A stretch of DNA of 64,000 nt, taken from contig CBDBFU010000026.1 of assembly GCA_965205025.1 (NCBI GenBank), forward strand, positions 32,001 to 96,000, given 5' to 3'. The stretch is from Candidatus Poribacteria bacterium (GTDB lineage Bacteria > Poribacteria > WGA-4E > WGA-3G). Under the pieces are notes generated by a model. That model saw only the letters and a program-made list of their open reading frames with translations. It was not told where the DNA came from and ran no database searches. The position numbers and the translations under genes were made by a program. Position 1 is the first letter of the stretch. Every line of letters begins with the position of its first letter. Of the stretch, positions 52,897 to 61,612 are shown in pieces.

Positions 52897-54795
52897 TTAC
52901 TTGTTAAAATATTTTTCAAGGCCCCATACAAGTATTGTACCATCACGACTACTGCTTGCAAGCGTTTTACCATCAGGAGAGACAGCAATATCAGTGACCC
53001 ACGATGTATGTCCAACGAAGGTGTGTAAAGCTTCTCCTGTCTGTGCATTCCAAAGGTAAATTGCAGTATTATAGCTGCCACTGGCAAAAATGTCTCCTTC
53101 AGGGAAAAACGCGAGAGAAGTGACATCACCCTTATGCGAGATTGGGCGTAAACGTAATTTGCCGGTTTCCACATTCCACACCAAGATAGTGTTATCTTCT
53201 CCACCACTTATCAGACTTGTGCCATCTGGAGAAAATACGACATCATAAACGTTGTCTGTGTGTCCGGTAAGTGTTTTTAAGTGTTCTCCAGTGTTGGAAT
53301 CCCACAACATAATCGTGTTGTCGGAACTTCCGCTTGCAAGTAGGCTTCCATCTGGCGAAAACACAATAGTGTTTACAGATTGTGTATGCTTACTAAGAGT
53401 TCTTAACAGATCGCCTATAAGTAATTGTTCACCAGTGCGAACCTCCCATAACCGAATGTTGCCGTTTCTGTCTCCGCTTGCAAGTTTGCTGCCATCTGGA
53501 GAATAGGCGATGGAGCTAGCCTGAGATGTTCCGTCTATGAAACTTCCCATGAATCTACCGGTTTGCACATCCCACAAGCGAATCGTGGTGCCTGAATATC
53601 TCGTGCCGCCATTGGCAAGCACTTTGCCATCCGAAGAGTAGGCTACAGAATAAAAATAGGTGCGATGAGCAGTTATGTTTTTGAGAAGTTCGTCTGTGTG
53701 TAAATCCCACAATTGCAGTTTTACACCGCCCCCACTGGCGATGGTGTTCCCATCTGGAGCATACGCAATTGAATGGACTCTATTTGTATGTCCGGTGATA
53801 GTTTTAAAAAGTTCCATTGTTCTGCTATTTCGAAATCGAATAGTTCCGTCATAACTGCCGCAAACAAGCGTGTCCCCATCGGGCGAATACGCTGCCGTGG
53901 TAACAAAGCTTCCGTGTTTAAAGGTATTCAGAAGATTACCCTTTGCCACGTCCCAAATACGGAGCGTCCAGTCATGGCTTGTACTCGTCAGCGTTCGCCC
54001 GTCAGATGCGAAAACAACAGAATTAATATAGCTGCTATGTCCGATGAGAGTTTTCAAACGTATTCCTGTAGCAACATCGAATATATATATCTTAGCATCA
54101 TCTCCTGCACATGCGACTATTTTACCATCTGGCGAAAAGGCCACAGTTCCCACCCAGGTATCTGGTACAAAAATTGTAGTCAGTTGCTCACCGTTAGATG
54201 CCGCCCAAAACCTTAGTGTACTATCCCTTGCCCCACTTGCAAGCATCTCACCATCGGGAGAGAATGCTACACAATAAACTGATCCTTCATGTCCACTGAG
54301 TGTTTTTATCGGTTCACCTGTGTTTATATTCCATAACAGAATAGTATCGTCGTAACTACCACTCGCGAGCATCTGTTTTTTTGGGTTAAATGTAACTGAA
54401 CTAACACCACCTGTATGTCCAACAAGTGTAGCTTGATTCTTGCCAGTTTGTGTGTCCCATAATTCAATAGTGCCATTGCTACCATCCGTGGCAAACATCT
54501 TTCCATCATAACTAAAAGCTAGAGAATTGACGTTTGTAGTATGTGTTGATAGCAGATCAATTTCCTCACCTATGTGTACATCATAAATCCAAGTGCCAGC
54601 GGATGTTGCTACAGCGATTTTGTTCCCATCGGGAAAGTACTTAATATCATTTATTTTCCCTTTCCCGTATCGTGCTATGGCATCTGTTGGCAAACCCCAG
54701 CGTGTATATTCACCGGAGAAAGCGTTTGGCATGAAAATTGAGTACATAACAGAAATTACAAGCAACACCAATCGAAACAGATTCTTTTTACGCAT
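52897..54795 (-). CDS. Secreted WD40 repeat protein (tandem duplicate 1)
   Basis: Signal peptide; TRWGLPTDAIARYGKG; WD repeats. Confidence 0.93.
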   Translation of the reverse strand: MRKKNLFRLVLLVISVMYSIFMPNAFSGEYTRWGLPTDAIARYGKGKINDIKYFPDGNKIAVATSAGTWIYDVHIGEEIDLLSTHTTNVNSLAFSYDGKMFATDGSNGTIELWDTQTGKNQATLVGHTGGVSSVTFNPKKQMLASGSYDDTILLWNINTGEPIKTLSGHEGSVYCVAFSPDGEMLASGARDSTLRFWAASNGEQLTTIFVPDTWVGTVAFSPDGKIVACAGDDAKIYIFDVATGIRLKTLIGHSSYINSVVFASDGRTLTSTSHDWTLRIWDVAKGNLLNTFKHGSFVTTAAYSPDGDTLVCGSYDGTIRFRNSRTMELFKTITGHTNRVHSIAYAPDGNTIASGGGVKLQLWDLHTDELLKNITAHRTYFYSVAYSSDGKVLANGGTRYSGTTIRLWDVQTGRFMGSFIDGTSQASSIAYSPDGSKLASGDRNGNIRLWEVRTGEQLLIGDLLRTLSKHTQSVNTIVFSPDGSLLASGSSDNTIMLWDSNTGEHLKTLTGHTDNVYDVVFSPDGTSLISGGEDNTILVWNVETGKLRLRPISHKGDVTSLAFFPEGDIFASGSYNTAIYLWNAQTGEALHTFVGHTSWVTDIAVSPDGKTLASSSRDGTILVWGLEKYFNK

Positions 54796-54827
54796 GAAGG
54801 TAAGCTCCTTTATCTATATTAGTACCA

Positions 54828-56720
54828 TTACTTGTTAAAATATTTTTCAAGGTCCCATACAAGTATTGTGCCATCGTAGCTACTGCTTGCAAGCGTCTTC
54901 CCATCAGGAGAAAACATAACGTCAGTGATCCTTGAAGTATGTCCAACAAAGGTGTGTATTTGATTTCCCGTTTTTGCATTCCATAGATAAACTGTATCGT
55001 AGAAACTCCCACTTGCAAAAATGCTCCCATCAGAGGAAAACGCGAGAGAAGTGATATGACCATCATGCGGGATTGGCGGTAAACGTAATTTACCGGTTTC
55101 CACATCCCACACATATAGTGTGTCATCATCTCCACCACTTATCAGACTTGTGCCATCTGCAGAAAAAACAGCATCACGAACATAGTTTGTGTGTCCAATA
55201 AGTGTTTTTATGTGTTCACCACTCTTGGCATCCCACAACATAATTGTGGTGTCCGAACTCCCGCTTGCGAGTTTGCTTCCATCCGGGGAAAACACAATGG
55301 AATTCACAGATTTTGCATGGGCACTAAGCGTATTTAATAGATCCCCGATAAGTGGTTGTTTACCAGTACGAACCTCCCATAACCGGATGTTACCATCGTA
55401 GTAGCCTATAGCAAGCGTGTCACCATTTGGAGAATAGGCGATAGATCTCGTACGGGATCTTCCATCACTGAAACTTCCCATGAACCTCCCCGTTTGTACA
55501 TCCCACAAGCGAATTTTACTCACAGATGTGAGATTACGTCCGCTTGCGATTGTATGACCATCGGGAGAGAAAGCCGCAGCATAAAAATAAGTCCGATAAC
55601 CCGTGATAGATTTGAGAAGATCGCCTGTATGTAAATCCCACAATTGCAGTTTTACGCCGTCACCACTGGCAATGATGTTGCCATCTGGAGCATACGCAAT
55701 TGAATGGAGCAGATACGTATGTCCAGTGATGGTTTTTGAGAGTGTCCAATCGTTACAGTTCCAGAACCGGACAGTGCCATCGTAACTTCCACTGGCAAGC
55801 ATTGTGCCATCTGGTGAATATGCTAATGTTGAAACGCGTCTTTGGTGATATAGTGTTTTAAGTAGGTTGCCAGTGTTGATATCCCAGAGTCGAACTGTCT
55901 CATCATGGCTTCCACTCGCGATCGTATGTCCGTCAGGTGCAAAGACAACAGAATTGATAAATCCACCGTGCCCAGTGAGGGTTTTCAAGTGCTCTCTTGT
56001 AGCAACATGATAAATATATACCTTATTTGCTGCACATGCTACTATTTTGCCATCTGGGGAAAACGCCAAAGTTTTCACCACAGTATCTGGAACAGAGATA
56101 ATATCTTGTTGTTCACTGGTAGTTGCATCCCAAAATTGTAATGTCTGGTCATCAGCTCCACTTGCAATTGTTTTTCCATTCGGTGAAAATGCCACACAAT
56201 ATATTACTCCGTCATGTCCAAGAAGTGTTTTTGTCGGTTCACCTGTGTGTATATCCCATAACAGGATCCTTTGGTCGGTACTTGCGCTCGCGAATCTCCT
56301 GCCATTAGGACTAAATGCAATTGAATTAACACTACGAGTATGTTGAACAAGTGTAGATATATTTTGATCAGTTTGAGCATTCGATAACTCAATTATACCA
56401 TCACTTCTTCCAGTGGCAAACATCTTCCCATTATGACTAAAAGCTATAGCTCTAACGTCTGCAGCAGGTGCTGGTAGCAGATCAATTTCTTCTCCTGTCT
56501 GTACATCGTATATCCAAGTGCCAGCGGATGTTGCTACAGCGATTTTGTTCCCATCCGGAAAATACTTTATGTTATATATTTTGCCTTTCCCGAAACGTGC
56601 TATAGCATCTGTCGGCAAACCCCAGCGTGTATATTCACCGGAGAAAGCGTTTGGCATGAACATTGAATACACTGCTGAAAACACAAGCAACAACAAGCGA
56701 ACCAGATTCTTTTTATGCAT
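54828..56720 (-). CDS. Secreted WD40 repeat protein (tandem duplicate 2)
   Basis: Close paralog of 52897-54795; start taken at MHKKN after AGGAG. Confidence 0.92.
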   Translation of the reverse strand: MHKKNLVRLLLLVFSAVYSMFMPNAFSGEYTRWGLPTDAIARFGKGKIYNIKYFPDGNKIAVATSAGTWIYDVQTGEEIDLLPAPAADVRAIAFSHNGKMFATGRSDGIIELSNAQTDQNISTLVQHTRSVNSIAFSPNGRRFASASTDQRILLWDIHTGEPTKTLLGHDGVIYCVAFSPNGKTIASGADDQTLQFWDATTSEQQDIISVPDTVVKTLAFSPDGKIVACAANKVYIYHVATREHLKTLTGHGGFINSVVFAPDGHTIASGSHDETVRLWDINTGNLLKTLYHQRRVSTLAYSPDGTMLASGSYDGTVRFWNCNDWTLSKTITGHTYLLHSIAYAPDGNIIASGDGVKLQLWDLHTGDLLKSITGYRTYFYAAAFSPDGHTIASGRNLTSVSKIRLWDVQTGRFMGSFSDGRSRTRSIAYSPNGDTLAIGYYDGNIRLWEVRTGKQPLIGDLLNTLSAHAKSVNSIVFSPDGSKLASGSSDTTIMLWDAKSGEHIKTLIGHTNYVRDAVFSADGTSLISGGDDDTLYVWDVETGKLRLPPIPHDGHITSLAFSSDGSIFASGSFYDTVYLWNAKTGNQIHTFVGHTSRITDVMFSPDGKTLASSSYDGTILVWDLEKYFNK

Positions 56721-56774
56721 GAAGGTCAACTCCTTTGCAACAAATCAATATCATCATCATGTCTTAGAAAACTA

Positions 56775-58709
56775 CTATGGATTAATTTTCCAAAAAATCA
56801 TAGTGCGATCATGACTACTACTCATTAATGTCTTACCGTCTGGAGAAAAGGCAATTGTGTTTATATATTCAGTATGGCCAATATATGTTTTCTTCAGTTC
56901 TCCTTTATCTATATCCCAAAGATTGATCTCACCTTGATCCCAAAGATTTGTCTCCCCATGATGTGAGCTGGCTAATGTCCGTCCATCAGGTGAAAACGTT
57001 ACGGAAATAGTTGGCTTCTTTGGTATGATAGATTTTATATGCTCACCGGTTTTTGCATCCCAGAAACGGATAGTATCGTCATTGCTTACACTCACGATCA
57101 TATTTCCTGAAGGTGAATATGCTACCTTGTTAATCCTATCGGTGAAATCTTCAATAGTTTTTAAGGCTTCACCGGTGTTAACATCCCATATTCGGATTGT
57201 GCCATCACTACCTGCACTTATAAGCGTATTTCCAGATGGAGAGAATGCCAAATCATGGATATGTTGCTGATGTCCTACAAACGAATTAATAATATTTCCA
57301 CTGTGGACACTCCACAAACGAACTACTTTGTCATAACCACAACTCGCGAGTATATTTCCGTCAGAACTGAAAGCAACAGATGTAATTCTATCATCGTGCG
57401 CTTCCAAAATAATATGATTTTGCTCTCCAGAGTCTATATCAAATATTGCCAAAGCACCTTCAGAATTACCACAGGCGTAGGTCATATTATCTGGTGAATA
57501 TGCAGTGCTGGTGATTCCATTTAGCTCAGTGTTAACTGTTTTGATAAGCGTGATTGTATTCGTATCCCACAGCTGAAAATCGCCTGTAGATAATAGACAT
57601 GCAAGAGTTTGCCCATGCGATGCATACATTGCAAATCTCACTAATCCTACTCTGTGTCCATTAACAGATTGTAGAAGATCCCCCGTATCAATATCCCAAA
57701 TACCTATAGTATTATCAGAACCGTAGCTTACAAGCGTCCTGTCTTTAGGATTGAATGTCATCGAATAGACTCTACGTCCATTTCCACTATGGGTGAATTG
57801 TATCTGTTTTTTGTTGATATCCCATACTCGAATGGTTCCATCATTACTACCAGATATGAGTGTTTTACTATCTGGAAAAAATGCGATTGAATAGATACGT
57901 TCTTGATCAGAATTGCCATCTTGAGAGTTTGGTATAAGAGACATGAAGAATTCACCTGTCTTTGCATTCCACACATGTATTTTTTCATCGTAACCATAAC
58001 TTGCAAGTTTTTCTCCATCAGGAGAAATGATTACACCAGAAACTCTGTCTAAATGTCCAACAATAGTTCGTATCGGTTCGCCTGTCTGGACATTCCAAAA
58101 CCGAATAAATTCATCTCTACTGCCACTTACCAAGGTTTTTCCATCTGGACTAAATGCAACTGAATAAACACTCCTTTTATGACCTGTTAGCGTCTTCTTG
58201 ATTTCACCTGTGTGGATATCCCATAACCGAACGGTGCTGTCGGAACTGCCACTTGCAAGGATGTTTCCATCTGGACTGAAGGCAACTGAATAAACACTTC
58301 CTGTGTGTCCGTTTAGGGTTGCTACGGTTTCACTTGATTGACGATCCCACAACTTGATCGTATGATCGTAGCTACCACTTGCCAGCATGTTACCATCTGG
58401 ACTGAAACACACCGAAGAAACACGACTCGTATGTCCTGTTATCAAATCAAGTTCTTTTCCAGTATGTTTGTCATATATCCATACACCTATTGATCCTCCC
58501 ACAGCAAGTTGAGTGTCATCTGGAGAATATGCGATTTCTGACACAGAACCTTTCCCGACCCGATCTCTTGCCCCTTCGGGTAAGTAATCTTTCATATATT
58601 CTTCGGCGAAAACGTTTGGCAAACATGACACAGAAAAAATAAGAAGCACAATAAGAAAAGTAAACTCTGTTTTCATCAAACAGACCTCCATTTTTGCGTA
58701 AGATTGCAA
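56775..58709 (-). CDS. Secreted WD40 repeat protein
   Basis: Signal peptide (probable start MKTEF after GGAGG); YLPEGARDRVGKG; WD repeats. Confidence 0.92.
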   Translation of the reverse strand: MQSYAKMEVCLMKTEFTFLIVLLIFSVSCLPNVFAEEYMKDYLPEGARDRVGKGSVSEIAYSPDDTQLAVGGSIGVWIYDKHTGKELDLITGHTSRVSSVCFSPDGNMLASGSYDHTIKLWDRQSSETVATLNGHTGSVYSVAFSPDGNILASGSSDSTVRLWDIHTGEIKKTLTGHKRSVYSVAFSPDGKTLVSGSRDEFIRFWNVQTGEPIRTIVGHLDRVSGVIISPDGEKLASYGYDEKIHVWNAKTGEFFMSLIPNSQDGNSDQERIYSIAFFPDSKTLISGSNDGTIRVWDINKKQIQFTHSGNGRRVYSMTFNPKDRTLVSYGSDNTIGIWDIDTGDLLQSVNGHRVGLVRFAMYASHGQTLACLLSTGDFQLWDTNTITLIKTVNTELNGITSTAYSPDNMTYACGNSEGALAIFDIDSGEQNHIILEAHDDRITSVAFSSDGNILASCGYDKVVRLWSVHSGNIINSFVGHQQHIHDLAFSPSGNTLISAGSDGTIRIWDVNTGEALKTIEDFTDRINKVAYSPSGNMIVSVSNDDTIRFWDAKTGEHIKSIIPKKPTISVTFSPDGRTLASSHHGETNLWDQGEINLWDIDKGELKKTYIGHTEYINTIAFSPDGKTLMSSSHDRTMIFWKINP

Positions 58710-59819
58710 TGTACGCAGTGAAATAGCAACTCATACAGAATCATAGTACGACTATATATTTCACACGTCATAGCGCGGAGAGATTACAAACTCAATCAGA
58801 AACACAACAAGAGATTGTAGATAGTGTCTATTAAGAAATATGAATGAATTTAGGATTTAACGAAAAGTAGTAACATCTGGCAGGCACATTGGAAACTGAC
58901 CTACCACACAAAAGAGTGGTTCATGACTTCTAATGTATAAGACAATTTGATGTGTATAAAGGTAGGGTGGGATCAAATCAACACCGAACGTACGCACAGC
59001 ATTCGGTGATAAATCAATCGTGATGTACGGACCTAATACTGCATCAGATCCATGAATCTAATAAATAAACGAACCACCCTTGTTAATTTGAATATCTAAA
59101 TTTCCAACTGGTAAGTATACTACATTTTTTATCTGATGGCAAATTTTCCGATTCCAAGGGGTGTGTAAAGTTTTTGTCACTAAACATTACGCTGCTATTG
59201 TATCTGGATACCCAATATTTATCTCAAGTATCATCTTTAGTATTCATCTCAACCCCAGTTATGTTAGATGTATGGATACTGTGTATTGTAAAAAACTGTT
59301 AATATTTGACGTCTTGATTTTTATTCACTTTCACGGAAACCTTCACGGAGCAATTCTACGAAGCCTTATTCTATAAGGGTTTATAATTAAAGTATACCAA
59401 TTCTCCGTGAATCACATACGTTAATATTATTATTACTCAAGTCTGTATTAAGTACTTATATGTTTTTCATACGAAGTGTATTGGCACATAGCACTCCGCT
59501 GGAGTGCGAGCCTGTTCCGATATTGTTTTCTATTACTTTACACACCCGATTCCAAGCAATAACCTTTACCAAATTGACATTTATGTTGCAGTTAGAAACC
59601 GCATCTACCTTGGTAGTGTCAATGTCCAAATTAAGCACAAGAATGTTCATTTTCCATACAAATTCAATGAATTCATTCATACATAAATTCTTGAAAATAG
59701 GATTGGTAAACCAGAATTGGTTGGCACTATAATTGCAATAGGAATCCTTGAAAATAGAAGAGATAATAACTTAAACCATGCGGAACACTACCCTGGGTGT
59801 AAAGTTTTTGTCACTAAGA

Positions 59820-60110
59820 TCATGAATCTTGTATTTATACCTACACCTGGAACATTTACAAGTTGTCTTTTACCACCAGCTGGCATTGCAGGAACATATT
59901 TCTATAAGCCTGCACCTCCAATTTCAAAATTTGTCGGAAAAACACCAGAATATGTCTCTGTTTATACATCAACTTACAAATCAAAAAGAGGTAGTATTCA
60001 AGCAGGTATGACTTCTGCAGGATGTTTAACCGGATGTGTAGTGTAGGATGTTCACTTATTTTTTTGAGTTTGCTTTTTATTGAAACTCGCAGAAAATATC
60101 TATGTAGTGA
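59820..60110 (+). pseudogene. Possible fragment of a small membrane protein gene
   Basis: Protein-like segment PAGIAGTYFYKPAPP..GKTPEYVSVYT..GCLTGC directly after a mobile-element end, with a stop before a further hydrophobic stretch. Confidence 0.4.
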
Positions 60111-60215
60111 ATAGTATCGTAAATAAGCGGTCATCAGTTCCCTCTTTTGATGTCCAACGGGTGATATTTAACATGGTGACTTGACCTGTCATCGCAAACG
60201 GGGCCAGGGTTATTT

Positions 60216-60386
60216 GCTGCTTCATCGGCAGTGGTCATTAGAATCTTTTGTATTTTTCAGGAACCTGTGATAATATATTCATTGGAAACACCTCTTGTAT
60301 AATGTAAAAAGTAATATTTTATATACATTATATAGGAGAGGAGGTGTTTTCACTTAACAATAATTATTATTGAAAAATCAGACATC
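60216..60386 (-). mobile_element. Truncated left-end fragment of the same IS4 family
   Basis: Reverse complement matches about 9967-10131 (promoter region and first transposase codons); TIR missing. Confidence 0.88.
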
Positions 60387-60392
60387 GATAAC

Positions 60393-60416
60393 GTCCTGCG
60401 GGGAGACACAAAACCC
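60393..60416 (+). repeat. 24-bp direct repeat upstream of the LamG gene (second copy at 61365-61388)
   Basis: GTCCTG(C/T)GGGGAGACACAAAACCC, 23/24 identical. Confidence 0.85.
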
Positions 60417-60452
60417 CGTACCTATGACTCTATTTGCTGGAGGTAAATCATC

Positions 60453-61358
60453 ATGAAAACACTTTTGCATGTGCTGATGCTCCCTATGCTTATCGTTGGG
60501 TTGTGTGGCATTACAGACGCGGAGAATATCGTAACCGATGGACTTGTGAGTTACTGGACCTTTGATCAGACAGACATTATTGGTGACACTGTCAGAGATG
60601 TTTGGGGAGAAAACGATGCGACAATTGTCGGCACCCCAAGTGTTGTCAACGGACACCTGAAAGATGCCCTTAAATTTGATGGTATCAAGGATTATGTGAA
60701 CTTAACGACTCTCGGCAATTTTGGTGCTAAACTCGATTTTTCCACGGTTGAAATGTGGGTTAAAACGGATTACAAAGAAACATGGACAACAATTTTCAAA
60801 GCTGTAGGCACTGACTGCAATAATCAGGGAACTATGATTTGGGGAATAGATATTAACAGAATGTCGAACGATAGAAGGCATGATGTTTTTGGGCCTGCGT
60901 TTATTTTTGGCGAGGATGTCATGCTACTGTATGTGCCCTCTCTTTTCAAAAATAAAAATGGGTGCAGACTTTCTGTGCTTACGGGCAAATTTCCGATTTC
61001 AGATGGTGAATGGCATCACCTCATCTATACGAATAAGCATGTAGATGAAAACGGTACAGAATGGAGCAAACGCGCGCTTTTTATAGATGGAACTCTGATT
61101 CAGGATTCAGAGTTCCATCCAAGACTTCCGAACGATCCGATCAAATATGTGCCATTCTCTGAATCTGTGTATCTTGGTGCAGGAAATAATCGTGGTAGAG
61201 CCGAAGGCTTTTTCAACGGGATTATTGATGAAGTCCGCATTTACGATCGTACTCTGACTGAAACAGAAATCAGGCGCAATTATCAATCTACTACGGGCCT
61301 CGCTGTTGACCATACAGATAAGTTACCAACGGTTTGGGGTGCCCTGAAGAAACAATAG
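60453..61358 (+). CDS. Secreted LamG domain protein
   Basis: GGAGG RBS; signal peptide; GLVSYWTFD, DGEWHH and GIIDEVRIYDRTL motifs; C-terminal AVDHTDKLPTVWGALK. Confidence 0.92.
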   Translation: MKTLLHVLMLPMLIVGLCGITDAENIVTDGLVSYWTFDQTDIIGDTVRDVWGENDATIVGTPSVVNGHLKDALKFDGIKDYVNLTTLGNFGAKLDFSTVEMWVKTDYKETWTTIFKAVGTDCNNQGTMIWGIDINRMSNDRRHDVFGPAFIFGEDVMLLYVPSLFKNKNGCRLSVLTGKFPISDGEWHHLIYTNKHVDENGTEWSKRALFIDGTLIQDSEFHPRLPNDPIKYVPFSESVYLGAGNNRGRAEGFFNGIIDEVRIYDRTLTETEIRRNYQSTTGLAVDHTDKLPTVWGALKKQ

Positions 61359-61612
61359 ATATCTGTCCTGTGGGGAGACACAAAACCCTCATACACTACC
61401 TGAGTCAATATCATTTACACGGATTGTTCAGGGAAAGGGTTTTGTGAGTGTAAGTGGGGAGACCATAAACTAAACGTGCCTTCAAGTGATTCATGCCAAA
61501 AACTTTACATACCCGATTCCAAGTCGCACCTTCAGGAAGTTTTCGCTTTGTAGAATCTTGAACAAGGTTGTTATGCATGATGTTTTTCTTTATATAACTT
61601 CTTTGTTGAACT

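Larger units (their letters stand above)
59159..61514. mobile_element. Transposase-less composite element with a 9-bp flanking duplication, carrying a LamG gene
   Basis: GATTCCAAG (59150-59158) + GGGTGTGTAAAGTTTTTGTCA...TGCCAAAAACTTTACATACCC + GATTCCAAG (61515-61523); internal ends at 59536-59547 and about 59793-59818. Confidence 0.65.
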
